Source: Squalus acanthias (taxonomy: Eukaryota). From it: a DNA stretch of 64,000 nt. Location of the stretch: contig CM059432.1 in assembly GCA_030390025.1 (NCBI GenBank), forward strand, positions 21,888,001 through 21,952,000. Reading direction: 5' to 3'. The translations under genes were made by a program, and so were the position numbers. Of this stretch, positions 48,078 through 58,930 are shown one piece after another. The notes beneath the pieces were generated by a model that did no database searches, was not told the origin of the DNA, and saw nothing but the letters and a program-made list of their open reading frames with translations. Numbering within the stretch: position 1 is the first letter of the stretch; every line of letters begins with the position of its first letter.

Positions 48078-49882
48078 CTAACAACTGAAACTTTGAGCTA
48101 TGAGGGCATCTCTGCCATCCCAGGCAGCAATGTACACGGCTGGTCTGGTGATGCGTGCCCCATCTTCATATTTCTCCTCCTCCTCCTCTTCTACAATGTT
48201 GTCATCATCAGAAGATACCTGATGAGTGCTTTGGTTGCCCTCCACCTCTAATCCTCTTTGCTGTGCAATGTTATGCAGAAAACAGCACACTGCTATGATT
48301 CTGGAAAATCTCACTGGTGAGCACTGAAGGGCACCTACAGACCCATCTAGGCACCTGAAGTGCATCTTCAACATGATGATGGCTTGCTCGATGACACACC
48401 TGGAGGTCATGTGTCTCTCATTGTAACGCTCCTGTGCCTCATTGGTGGTATTTCTCACAGGTGTCATGAGCCAAGTTTGAAGGGGGTATCCCTTGTCTCC
48501 TACGAACCAGCCCTTAAGTCTGTTTCCTGGTTCGAGGGTCTGGGATGTTGGACTGCCGCAGTATAAAAACATCATGACAGCTCCCAGGGAATATGATGCA
48601 CACCTGCATGAATCTCTTGTGTTTGCACACCAGTTGTGCACTGATAAAAGCTCTGTGTTGATCTGGTGGTCCTCGGGTTGCCACGTGTGTGCAATCGATG
48701 GCACCCTGTACCTGTGGGGATCCAGCCAGAGAGCTGATTCAGAGTGCCTGCTCATTCTGGCTATTGTTGTCATAGGGGAAGTTGACATAATTCGCCATCC
48801 TGGCAAACAACCCATCCGTGACTTGCCATATACATTTATGTGCAGCTGACTGAGAGACCCTCAAGATGTTTCCGGTGGCGCACTGGAAGGAGCCAGAGGT
48901 AAAGAAATTGAGGGCAGTGGTGATTTTGACAGTGACGGGCAACACCATCAGGTCCAGCAAGGAGTAGCTCTTCTTGAAGGAGGCTGCAGATGTCTGTGAC
49001 CACCTGTCGTGTCAAGCTGAGCCTGCGGAAGCACTGCTCTTCAGATAGGTCAAGGAAGCTGAGCCTCTGTCTGCAGACCCTCTCACGTGGGTAGTGCCTC
49101 CTGCGACCTCGGCCCCTCTCTTGCTCTCCTCTCTGATGTTCTCCACATCTGTGTTGTGCACCTCTCTTTTGCACACCTCTCTCCTATGCACCTGCAGATC
49201 CCACCACAGCACGACGTCGCTGTCGTGGATGTCTGGTGAATGTCTTCCTCTTCTGATGTCCTCTTGAAAACAAAATTGAGAGGTCGCACAACACCAGGTT
49301 ATAGTCCAACAGTTTTATTTTAAATCACAAGCTTTCGGAGTTACAACTCCTTCGTCGGGTGAAGTGAGGAGATACAGAATCGTCAAAGCATATATAGATA
49401 GAGAACAATGCATGTGTAACTTACAATTGCAGACAACTGAATTCAATCATCCTGACTGTTTATCTGCCGAGGTGTGATAAAGTTAATCAGGTCAGCCAGA
49501 AAGGTACCACATCAAAGACATAGCAAGATACAACTGAGACAATGAGGTGGAATCGCATGGGGTCTAACGTGTCAAAAGCTGCCGTCTGTATGTAAAACGA
49601 TTAACTTTAAAATTTTTACTTTTTTACTGGGAATCACATCTGTGAACAAGCCAACGACGACTCGAGTCCGGATCACGTCATGTATCGTGACATAAACCCA
49701 AGATCCCGATTGAGACCGTCTTCATGAGTGCGGAACTTGGCTATCAGTTTCTGCTCGATGATTTTGCGTTGTCGTGTTTTCCTAAGGCCGCCTTGGAGAA
49801 CGCTTACCCGCAGATCCGAGGCTGAATGTCCTTGACTGCTGAAGTGTTCCCCGACTCTTGAAAACATCCATGGCACCCCCAT
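48078..49882 (-). pseudogene. PIF/Harbinger transposase, frameshifted, with a PLE inserted in the first codons
   Basis: RRRHYPRERV.RQRLSFLDLSEEQC.RRL, KITTALNFFTSGSFQ, GAIDCTHV, VGDKGYPL.TWLMTP, VIEQAI.MLK.HFRCLD, CCFLHNIA. Confidence 0.9.
49273..49854 (-). mobile_element. Penelope-like element 3' fragment (GIY-YIG C-terminus plus terminal repeat)
   Basis: VGEHFSSQGHSASDLRVSVLQGG...DGLNRD; perfect 12-bp TSD CTCTTGAAAACA (49261-49272, 49855-49866). Confidence 0.93.
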
Positions 49883-51124
49883 CCTGCTGTTGTTCGTTTG
49901 AACGCCTCCAAACTCCTCAAAAAACATCTATGTTCACAAGAGCTCTCTGCATTTTATAGGGGGAACTGAAAAAGCAGCTGCAAGTACTGAGGCTTTATTG
50001 ATATCAGACACTCTGAATTTTAAACTCCCCCATGAAGTGCCGTTCAATCTTGCCTCCTTTTCACTGGCGAGTTCCCGAGCCCCAGGAAACCCATGCTGGA
50101 GGCGTTAAATTGAAACGCCTGTTTAAATCAATTCAAAATCACCTCATTACCATGTGCTAATGATGTAAATAGCTGTGCTAATTACCGACTCGCCTGTCCT
50201 AATGATTGTGCCAACTGGTTGCAGGACACTCACATGCAGCTAAACGTGGCTCGGTTAAACCCGAAAGTTGGAGGCGGGTCATTGTCACGCGTGAAATTTC
50301 TACAATTTTTACTTCCGATCACAATCCGCCTGTTCATGGTGTTTAAAATTCCGCCCATTAATTTGGCTATGACCTGCACCCTTTAATATTTAGCAGTGGT
50401 AAAGTATTAACTCAAATGTACTAAATGTGCTGGCTGATGCCATTAAGAGAGCATTAGCACAATTCCTAGTGAGACCAGACATTTCATCAGCTACAGCTCC
50501 CTATGTCTGCATTTTAGAGATTGGACTAAACTTCCACAACCATTCATAATTAATGTTGAAACATTCGTTTTCCAAAAAAAAATCATTTGAATATAAAATT
50601 TGTAAGCTATTAATGTTGCAAGATTTGTCACCTTTTAGAAAAAAGTGGGAAATGGATTAGCCCCTGCCATTGTACAATGCAGCTTATAAGGAATATTGGC
50701 ACTAGACCCGTAGAACTGCAAATCACTAATTCCAAAGGGTCGGCAGCCCTTGGAACACATGTTTGCTTAATGTTATAGTGTACTATTAAGAAGTAAGTGT
50801 TTGAAACCTAAAATAACTTTCATGTATTTGCATTTATAAAGAAGATAACTCAACATTCCACAATTTACAGACTGCAAATATCAAAATGAAGACATGTTAT
50901 TAATAAAAGAATTATGACAGTTAACTGATTATCAGTGTTAATCATTTCATAGTCATGGCTTAATTAATTTTCATAATGTGTCTATTTTGAAATGCAGCGA
51001 TTACAGTTCTATTTTTGTTGACACTTTTAAATTTAATTGAAATCCCTTTTTTTCTTCCGTTCTCTCCAGAAGGTACCGATTCTTGCTGGGCTTTCATCCT
51101 ATGGGTGCCCAAAGCTCACTGGTA

Positions 51125-51390
51125 TCATAGAATCATACAGCACAGAAGGAGGCCATTTTGCCCATCGTGCCTGTGCCAGCTCTTTGAAAGAGCGATCCAA
51201 TGAGTCCCACTCCCCTGCTCTTTCCCCTTAGCCCTGGAAACGTTGTCCCTCTCATGGATGCATCTAATTCCCTTTTGAAAGTTACTATTGAATCTGCTTC
51301 CACCACACGTTTAGACTGCATTCCAGATCATAACAACTCACTGCGTAATCCAATTTCTCCTCAGATCCCCTCTGGTTCTTTTGAAAATCA
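51125..51390 (-). mobile_element. CR1 3' end fragment
   Basis: atcatagaatcatacagcacagaaggaggccatt...gtgccagctctttgaaagagc. Confidence 0.8.
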
Positions 51391-51994
51391 TCACTGATTA
51401 TTATCTTAGATCACTTGACCAGAAATCGCACAGGGAGCTCCTGGTTTCCAACTGTAACTCTGGCGGGACACTGGCGAAAATGACAGAGGTGCAGGGTGAC
51501 CCTTTTTTTAGATGGGTGCTCCGCTGGTCTCCTACAGCAGGAAACCGGGAGAACCCCAGCATAACTTCAGGGTCCTAGACTTTTTCTTCCTTGCATATGT
51601 TTAGAAATTATGGGCTGAATTTAATGTCAGGGCAGTGTTGCCACCAGAGATGGGTCAGGGAGGGACTTATACTTACCACCCTGACCCAGCTATGACCCTG
51701 GCCCATTATCCTGGGTAGGTGTCAATTATACATCTAGCTGTGTTCTACAAAGAGAGCCCATCACTACTCAACCAGGAATTCAAGTGGTACAGCAGAAGGG
51801 CACTTAATAGATGCCTACATTAGATTAGTGGCTCTTCTTCATTGGTTGTGAAGTGTTTTGGGATGCCGTAAGAACATGAAGGTTGCTATATAAATGCAAG
51901 TGCTTTCTTTACAGCTTTCAAATCAAGCTCTTTCTACACTACCCTATTAACATGTCTTAGCCCCAATCTTAGAGGACTATCTTTTATTTTAAGT

Positions 51995-52155
51995 CATTCC
52001 AGGGATGTGGCCGTCACTGGCAAGGCCAGAATTTATTGCCCATCCTTAGTTGCCTTTGAGAAGGTGGTGGTGGGCCTTCTTCTTGAACTATTGCAGTATA
52101 TGTGGTGAAGGTGCTCCCACAATGCAGTTAGCGAGTGAGTTCAAGGATTTTGACA
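51995..52155 (-). mobile_element. CR1-group LINE 3' end
   Basis: gggatgtggccgtcactggcaaggccagaatttattgcccatcc...gagaaggtggtggtg. Confidence 0.7.
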
Positions 52156-52159
52156 CTGA

Positions 52160-52580
52160 AATAAAAAGACTTGCATTTATATAGTGCCTTTCATGACCTT
52201 AGGGCATCCCAAAGTGCTTTACAGCCAGTAAAGTACTTTTGAAGTGTAGCCACTGTTGTAATGTAGAAAATGTGGTAGCCAATTTGCACACAGAAAGCTC
52301 CCACAAACAGCAATGATCAGATAATCTGTTTTAGCGATGTTGGTTGAAAGATAAATATTGGCCAGGACACTGGAGAAAACTCTCCTGCTCTTCATCGAAA
52401 TAGTGCCATGGGATCATATACGTTTATCTGAGAGGGCAGACGGGGCCTCGGTTTAATGTCTCATCCGAAAGATGGCACCTCTGGCAGTGCAGCACCCCCT
52501 CAGTACTGTACTGGAGTGCTCAAGTCTCTGAAGTGGAACTTGAACCTACAACCTTCTGACTCAGAGGAGAGAGTGTTGCC
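52160..52580 (-). mobile_element. Deu-domain tRNA-SINE
   Basis: Homologous to 35559-36010 and 8372-8732. Confidence 0.87.
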
Positions 52581-53379
52581 ATTGAGACATGGCTGGTACC
52601 CTATCACTTGATGCAGCATCAGAAGGGGGAGGAACCCCCTTAAGATCAATACGGTTTTCTGAAAATGGTTCAGAATGAGCCCATATTGCAAGAGCCGACA
52701 TTAGGAGGCCATAGGAGAGAGAAAGGTGGCCAGCAATCGGTTCTCTCCTTCCTTCGTAGCCTTCGGTAATTTTCCAGATGCTGAACGTTCAGTACCACCA
52801 CCCCCGTTCTGTTCTTACTGGGGGTTGACGCTGCTTTGGTGGGAAGGCATCGAAATTGGCTGGTTTCCCTTTGCCAATTTCCCTTCCACCATCTCTTAAT
52901 GTGGCAGGGCAGTCGAGGGACAGGCATCCGGGATTCCTGCTGCAGTGGAGGAAAATTTCCAATGGCTGATGTGGGGCAGAGATTTAGCAGGAGACCTTCT
53001 CGGACCATTGTACTTTTCTGGATGGCTGCTATCCTGCCGGGAAATCAAGCCCTCTATCTGGAGACATACAGTGAATATTTCCAAAATCAAAAGTGAGCTA
53101 ACCAGGTCTTTAGTACTTTTGATATAAAAAGATTTTGTTTCCTGAATTTGAATTCATTTTAAACTGGTTGCTTTTCCAAATAACAATGCTAAAAGGAATG
53201 TTACAGATGAGCAGATGTCTGGGTGAGAATAAAGACACACGATCTGATATACATCGAGACATTACTCTCAAGATAGGTATTAGTAGAAGCAATCATGAAG
53301 CTAAACTAGGAACAAGTGATAGCCATTGAGAAGAACCTGTTTCAGGTGTGCTTATGTGGACTTCAAAGCAAAGACACTG

Positions 53380-55021
53380 GGGTACAATTTCCGCTCGGTT
53401 GGGCAGGTTTTTTTGACGCAATTCAACTGAAATCGGGATAATCAGTGCAAAAGATCACGGAATTTTAAGCGCAAATTACGTTCAGCGCAAATCGAGTTTC
53501 CGCGATCTTTTGCGCTAATTTAAAAAACATTACGCTAGAAGCTGGCCCTGTTCACAAGACTGGCCATGCTCCAGGGTGAATTAATCACCATTGGGAGTTT
53601 TGCTAATTGCGTTCGTTTGCAAGCCTTCGAGGAGGCTTTAAAAATTAAGCTGGTTCTTTTGGATGCAAGGAGACTAATAGGTACGCTTTAAAAGCTTTTG
53701 GGGGAAAAATTCAGTTGGTTTGCGCCTCCCGTTAGCACCTTAAGAGGGCGCTAATGGGGCGCAAAGCAACTAGCGCCCGTGCGCGGCGATGTTTGCGCCG
53801 CTCACAAAATGAACTAGACTTTTTGCGGCAGCGCTAAACACTACCGCCACGATCTCCTGCGCCAGCAGATCGTGACGTCAGTCGAGTGCGCAATGCCCTG
53901 GTAGCGCCCCGGACCAGATATTGAGTGGCGCCCCCTGCCTTACCGCCTGCCGCTAGCAACAACAGGTTGAGGGGAGCGTTTTGCAGTCAGGAAGGGACTG
54001 GGGGAGTGCAATTTAAAGGCGACCGCTTCCTGCCTTTTTTTGTTGGTGACATTTTTGCACCACGCATTCTGAGAGACAGAGAGAGAGACTTCTGGAGAGA
54101 TTCAACGCTGTGTGAAGGAGTTTTGGATACTGAGCAGCACTTTGCAGGTTCATTTTGATTTGCCCTTCCTTGTATCGATTTAGAAGAGACTTTGGGGGCT
54201 GCACTCTGAGCTCTTTCCCTGGGCCTCTCCATTGTTCTTTCCAGCAGATTTGATGTACAGGTATCTCCAGGCTGAGGTTCAAGGCTGCAATGAGCAGGGT
54301 GTGGCTGGAGAGCAAGATCAATCCTCCCCTTTAAGAACTGGCTGGCGCCAGTGTGTCTGTATTCCATCGCTAACTGACAGCACCTGCGCTGTGCCCGTGC
54401 TCTGAGTTAGCGCCTCGCTCCTCGGCCTTTGCATCTTAAGACAGGTTTGTAGTGCTTGATTTAGCACTCCAATCACCTCCAGGGGCGATAAAAGTCAAGT
54501 TTGCAGTCGGAGGCGATAATTAGCGCCAGGCGCTAAACTTTGCGCCCAGGCCGATAATGGTGCCCCAAACGGGGCAATACCGAATTTTTCCCCCTTTGAG
54601 TATCATTTTATTTTTAATTTACTAAGAAACTGACTACTGTGCCCCAATATAACTAGTAAATGGTTCTGTATATTGTTAAAAGTCATTTTCACTAATTTAA
54701 AATCAGGTTACTCACAGTGGATTGATACTACTGTATAATTAAAAATGCTTATTTTTTGTGATTAAACCCATCTTAAGCTGTATTAATCAAACTGCACCAA
54801 GTTACCATTCTTAAATATATCAAGGAATATTTTTTTAAAGCAGAGCTTTTTTTTAAAAGATTATGTTTTAAAATGCTGCCCGATTGTGCTGGTATCTAGC
54901 AGATTTTGCGTTCACCGATAGCAAATGAATTTGGAAAAAAATACACTTCTCAAAACGGGCGCAATTTTAGGCGCAATTTGTGCCCGGATCGCTGATTGCA
55001 CCTAAAGCGGAAACTCTACCC
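53380..55021. mobile_element. Harbinger-type MITE hosting a second MITE
   Basis: Imperfect TIRs GGGTACAATTTCCGCT / AGCGGAAACTCTACCC. Confidence 0.78.
53700..54594. mobile_element. MITE derived from the 22078-26236 Harbinger family (both ends, genes deleted)
   Basis: TIRs GGGGGAAAAATTC / GAATTTTTCCCCC, TSD TTT/TTT. Left part is the reverse complement of 25710-26236, right part of 22078-22460. Confidence 0.93.
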
Positions 55022-55793
55022 GATAACTATAAGTGTTTTACGTGAGGCGGCCATAAGAGTCTGTGCCGAGTCATCATCTAAGTAGATGTTACTGAAAAGA
55101 ACTACTAAGCTCAGGGCAATTTGCTGTTTTGGAACAGGTTAAACGTTAAGTCAGTCAAGAATTGCTTATTGCTGGCTATATTTTTCTGCTTTTGTGCAAT
55201 CATCTCACTCGCAAGTAAATTGGACTATTGGTTTAAGTCTGAGTGGAACTCTCTGAATGCTATTTACTGTCTTTCAAAAATGGCTAGGTGAACATGGTGA
55301 ATAATCATATGGTTTCCAGTGTGCAATCTGTGGTAAGAGGATAATCATCCTATTCACAACACACACAAGTGTGCAAGTGTCAGGCCATAGGACACTGATT
55401 CTGGGAACTGCATTATTGCAGTAAACATCAGTTCAAAGTGTTGGGAATTAGGCTGTATTATAACAAATGCATTGTAGAAGAATGAGTTCAACTCGAATCC
55501 TTCTACTTAAATTGCTTCAAAACATAAAGGCATGGTTTTCCTTACACCTATTTGTGAAATGCCTATTTATATTAAGGATTCTATATAAATGCAAGTTGTT
55601 TTGAAAGCACCATTACCGAGCACCATTGAGTGCAATCAGATGCAGAAAATATTGTTTTAAATCACAAAATCGTAATTTTTTGCATTAAAACAAGAAATAC
55701 TGCAAAATTGAGGCATCTTTTCAATACAAAAAAGACGGAATATCACTCTTGCTCTTTTCTTAATTTTGCACCTAAACTCAGGCTCTCATTCAA

Positions 55794-58700
55794 GGGTCGA
55801 TTTTGAGTGCTCTGGCCTGGCCGGCCCCAATGTTGGCCTCATCAGCGATGTGTCCGGCTCCATTTTGAAAGGGGCTTTCCACTGGGTGTCTAAGGCTCCC
55901 CCCTGATTCAGGCGATCGGCCCATATGAATATGGAAATCGGGGTCCTAGGACGTTGGAGCCTGTGCAGTTCCATGGGCGATGGAAGAGAAGAGGCCCTCT
56001 AAAGGTAAGTGTTCCATTATTAAAAATAACCTGGGTTGCTGCCCCTCTGGGACTCCCACCCTCTGCAATCGCGCCATGCCACACCTCCACCCCATTCCCT
56101 CTGGCCCGATTTACAGGCTTCATTCTGGCGAGCCACGCCATGGCACAATGCAGCTCACCTTCTGAATTGAAATGAGGCCGAAGCATCAAAATGACAGCCT
56201 CTTTGTTGCCGGAATGGATGGTCGTTGCGGGTATGGTTGGGTGGGTGGGTGAGAGAGTTTCCAAGGCCTTTGGAAACTCGGCAGGTAAAAGGAGGCCGGT
56301 AGGGCAGGATCCATAAGAAAAGTGCCTTTACAACACTGCTTATGGGCCAAGATAAGCAGGAGTGCTTCCTCCAGGCCCAACAAGCTTACCCAGTGAACGC
56401 CCCACGAACTGCCTGCTCTCCCACTCACGATCCGACCTGACCTGACCACCATCTCACCTCTTTCGCGATCTCTCCCCCACCGACCACTATCTCCACACCC
56501 TGCGATCCCTCCCATGACAACCATCTTCACACCCCGTAATCTCTGCCCCACCGACCACTATCTCCACCCCCGCGATCTCTCCCCTGACCATCTCCACCCC
56601 CGCGATCTCTCCCCTGACCATCTCCACCCCCGCGATCTCTCCCCTGACCATCTCCACCCCCGCGATCTCTCCCCTGACCACCATCTCCATCCCCGCGATC
56701 TCTCCCCTGACCATCTCCACACCCCGTGAACTCTCCCCTGACCATCTCCACCCCCCGCGATCTCTCCCCTGACCATCTCCACCCCCGCGATCTCTCCCCT
56801 AACCATCTCCACCCCCGCGATCTCTCCCCTAACCATCTCCACCCCCGCGATCTCTCCCCTGACCATCTCCACCCCCGCGATCTCTCCCCTGACCATCTCT
56901 ACCCCCGCGATCTCTCCCCTGACCATCTCCACACCCCGTGATTTCTCCCCCGACCACCATCTCCACCCCCCGTGATCTCTCCCCTGATCACCATCTCCAC
57001 CCCCGTGATCTGACTCCCCCGACCACCATCTCCACCCCCACGATCTCTCCCCCATCACCATCTCTACCCCCCGCGATCTCTCCCCTGATCACCATCTCCA
57101 CCCCGCGATCTCTCCCCTGACAATCTCCACACCCACGATCTCTCCCCCATCACCATCTCCACCCCCGCGATCTCTCCCCTGATCACCATCTCCACCCCGC
57201 GATCTCTCCCCTGACAATTTCCACACCCACGATCTCTCCCCCATCACCATCTCTACCCCCGCGATCTCTCCCCTGATCACCATCTCCACCCCCGCGATCT
57301 CTCCCCTGACCATCTCCACACCCGCGATCTCTCCCCTGACCATCTCTACCCCCCGCGATCTCTCCCCTGATCACCATCTCCACCCCCACGATCTCTCCCC
57401 TGACAATCTCCACACCCGCGATCTCTCCCCTGACCATCTCCACACCCGCGATCTCTCCCCTAATCACCATCTCCACCCCCGCGATCTCTCCCCTGACCAT
57501 CTCCACACCCGCGATCTCTCCCCTGACCATCTCCACCCCCGCGATCTCTCCCCTGACCATCTTCACCCCCCGTGATCTCTCCCCTGACCATCTCCACACC
57601 CACGATCTCTCCCCTGATCACCATCTCCACCCCCGCGATCTCTCCCCTGACAATCTCCACACCCACGATCTCTCCCCCATCACCATCTCTACCCCCCGCG
57701 ATCTCTCCCCTAATCACCATCTCCACCCCCGCGATCTCTCCCCTGACAATCTCCACACCCGCGATCTCTCCCCTGACCATCTCCACACCCGCGATCTCTC
57801 CCCTAATCACCATCTCCACCCCCGCGATCTCTCCCCTGACCATCTCCACCCCCGCGATCTCTCCCCTGACCATCTTCACCCCCCGTGATCTCTCCCCTGA
57901 TCACTATCTCCACCCCCCGTGATCTCTCCCCTGACCATCTCCACCCCCGCGATCTCTCCCCTGATCACCATCTCCACCCCCCGTGATCTCTCCCCTGATC
58001 ACTATCTCCACCCCCCGCGATCTCTCTCCTGACCATCTCCACCCCCGCGATCTCTCCCCCGACCACCATCTCCACCCCCGCGATCTCTCCCCTGATCACC
58101 ATCTCCACCCCCGCGATCTCTCCCCTGACCACCATCTCCACCCCCGCGATCTCTCCCTTGATCACCATCTTCACCCCCGCGATCTCTCCCCATCACCATC
58201 TCCACACCCCGCGATCTCTCCCCATCACCATCTCCACCCCCGCGATCTCTCCCCCGACCACCAACTCCACCCCCGTGATCTCTCCCCTTACCATCTCCAC
58301 CCCCTGCGATCTCTCCCCCATCACCAACTCCACCCCCCGCGGTCTGTCCCCTGACCATCTCCACCCCTGCGATCTCTCCCCTGACCATCTCCACCCCCCG
58401 CGATCTCTCCCCGACCACCATCTCCACCCCCGCGATCTCTCCCCCATCACCATCTGCAGCCCCGTGATCTCTCCCCTGACCATCTCCACTCCCGCGATCT
58501 CTCCCCCATCAACAACTCCACCCCCCGCGGTCTGTCCCCTGACCATCTCCACCCCCGCGATCTCTCCCCATCACCATCTCCAGCATCCACGATCTCGCCC
58601 CCCCCGCCACTGGAACCCCCGACAGTGATCTCTCCCTACTCGCTCCTCCTCTGCATCCTTCTGCTGAAGGCCTTCCCGCCTGACAGGCAGCCAGCCAGCC

Positions 58701-58930
58701 TGTCAATCAGGTTGGTTGTCGAGCGGGAAACCTGGAGAAAAAATATAAAAGGCGTCCTGCAGTTAAAAACACCCAGAATTCCCCCCTCCCCACCCCCGCC
58801 ACTCCGAACACGCAAACCCGTAAATACCGGGGCCCATGTTTCCGGGCCTCACGCTGCCAATGTCCAGAAGGTTTGCAGTCTGCCTCGGGCCCTACCCACA
58901 CGGACTTCTGCCTCGGGCTCAAATCAGGGC
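55794..58930. mobile_element. GC-rich Harbinger-type MITE containing an expanded minisatellite
   Basis: Imperfect termini gggtcgattttgag / ctcaaatcagggc; GC-rich arms flank the array. Confidence 0.6.
56430..58640. repeat. Minisatellite, 30-bp unit TCTCCACCCCCGCGATCTCTCCCCTGACCA with 31-34-bp variants
   Basis: Exact 30-bp period at 56561-56650; homogeneous centre and degenerate edges. Confidence 0.97.

Larger units (their letters stand above)
47695..50356. mobile_element. Degraded Harbinger element (Myb intron remnant, transposase, one terminus)
   Basis: Transposase remnant on the minus strand, Myb exon1/intron/exon2 junction remnants at 47720-48045, terminus AAAATTCCGCCC at 50345-50356. Confidence 0.75.

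Noticed and set aside
56430..58640. CRISPR array or repeat-protein gene (VEMVRGEIAG)n
   Set aside because: Head-to-tail units without unique spacers, eukaryotic context, and frequent frame-breaking indels.
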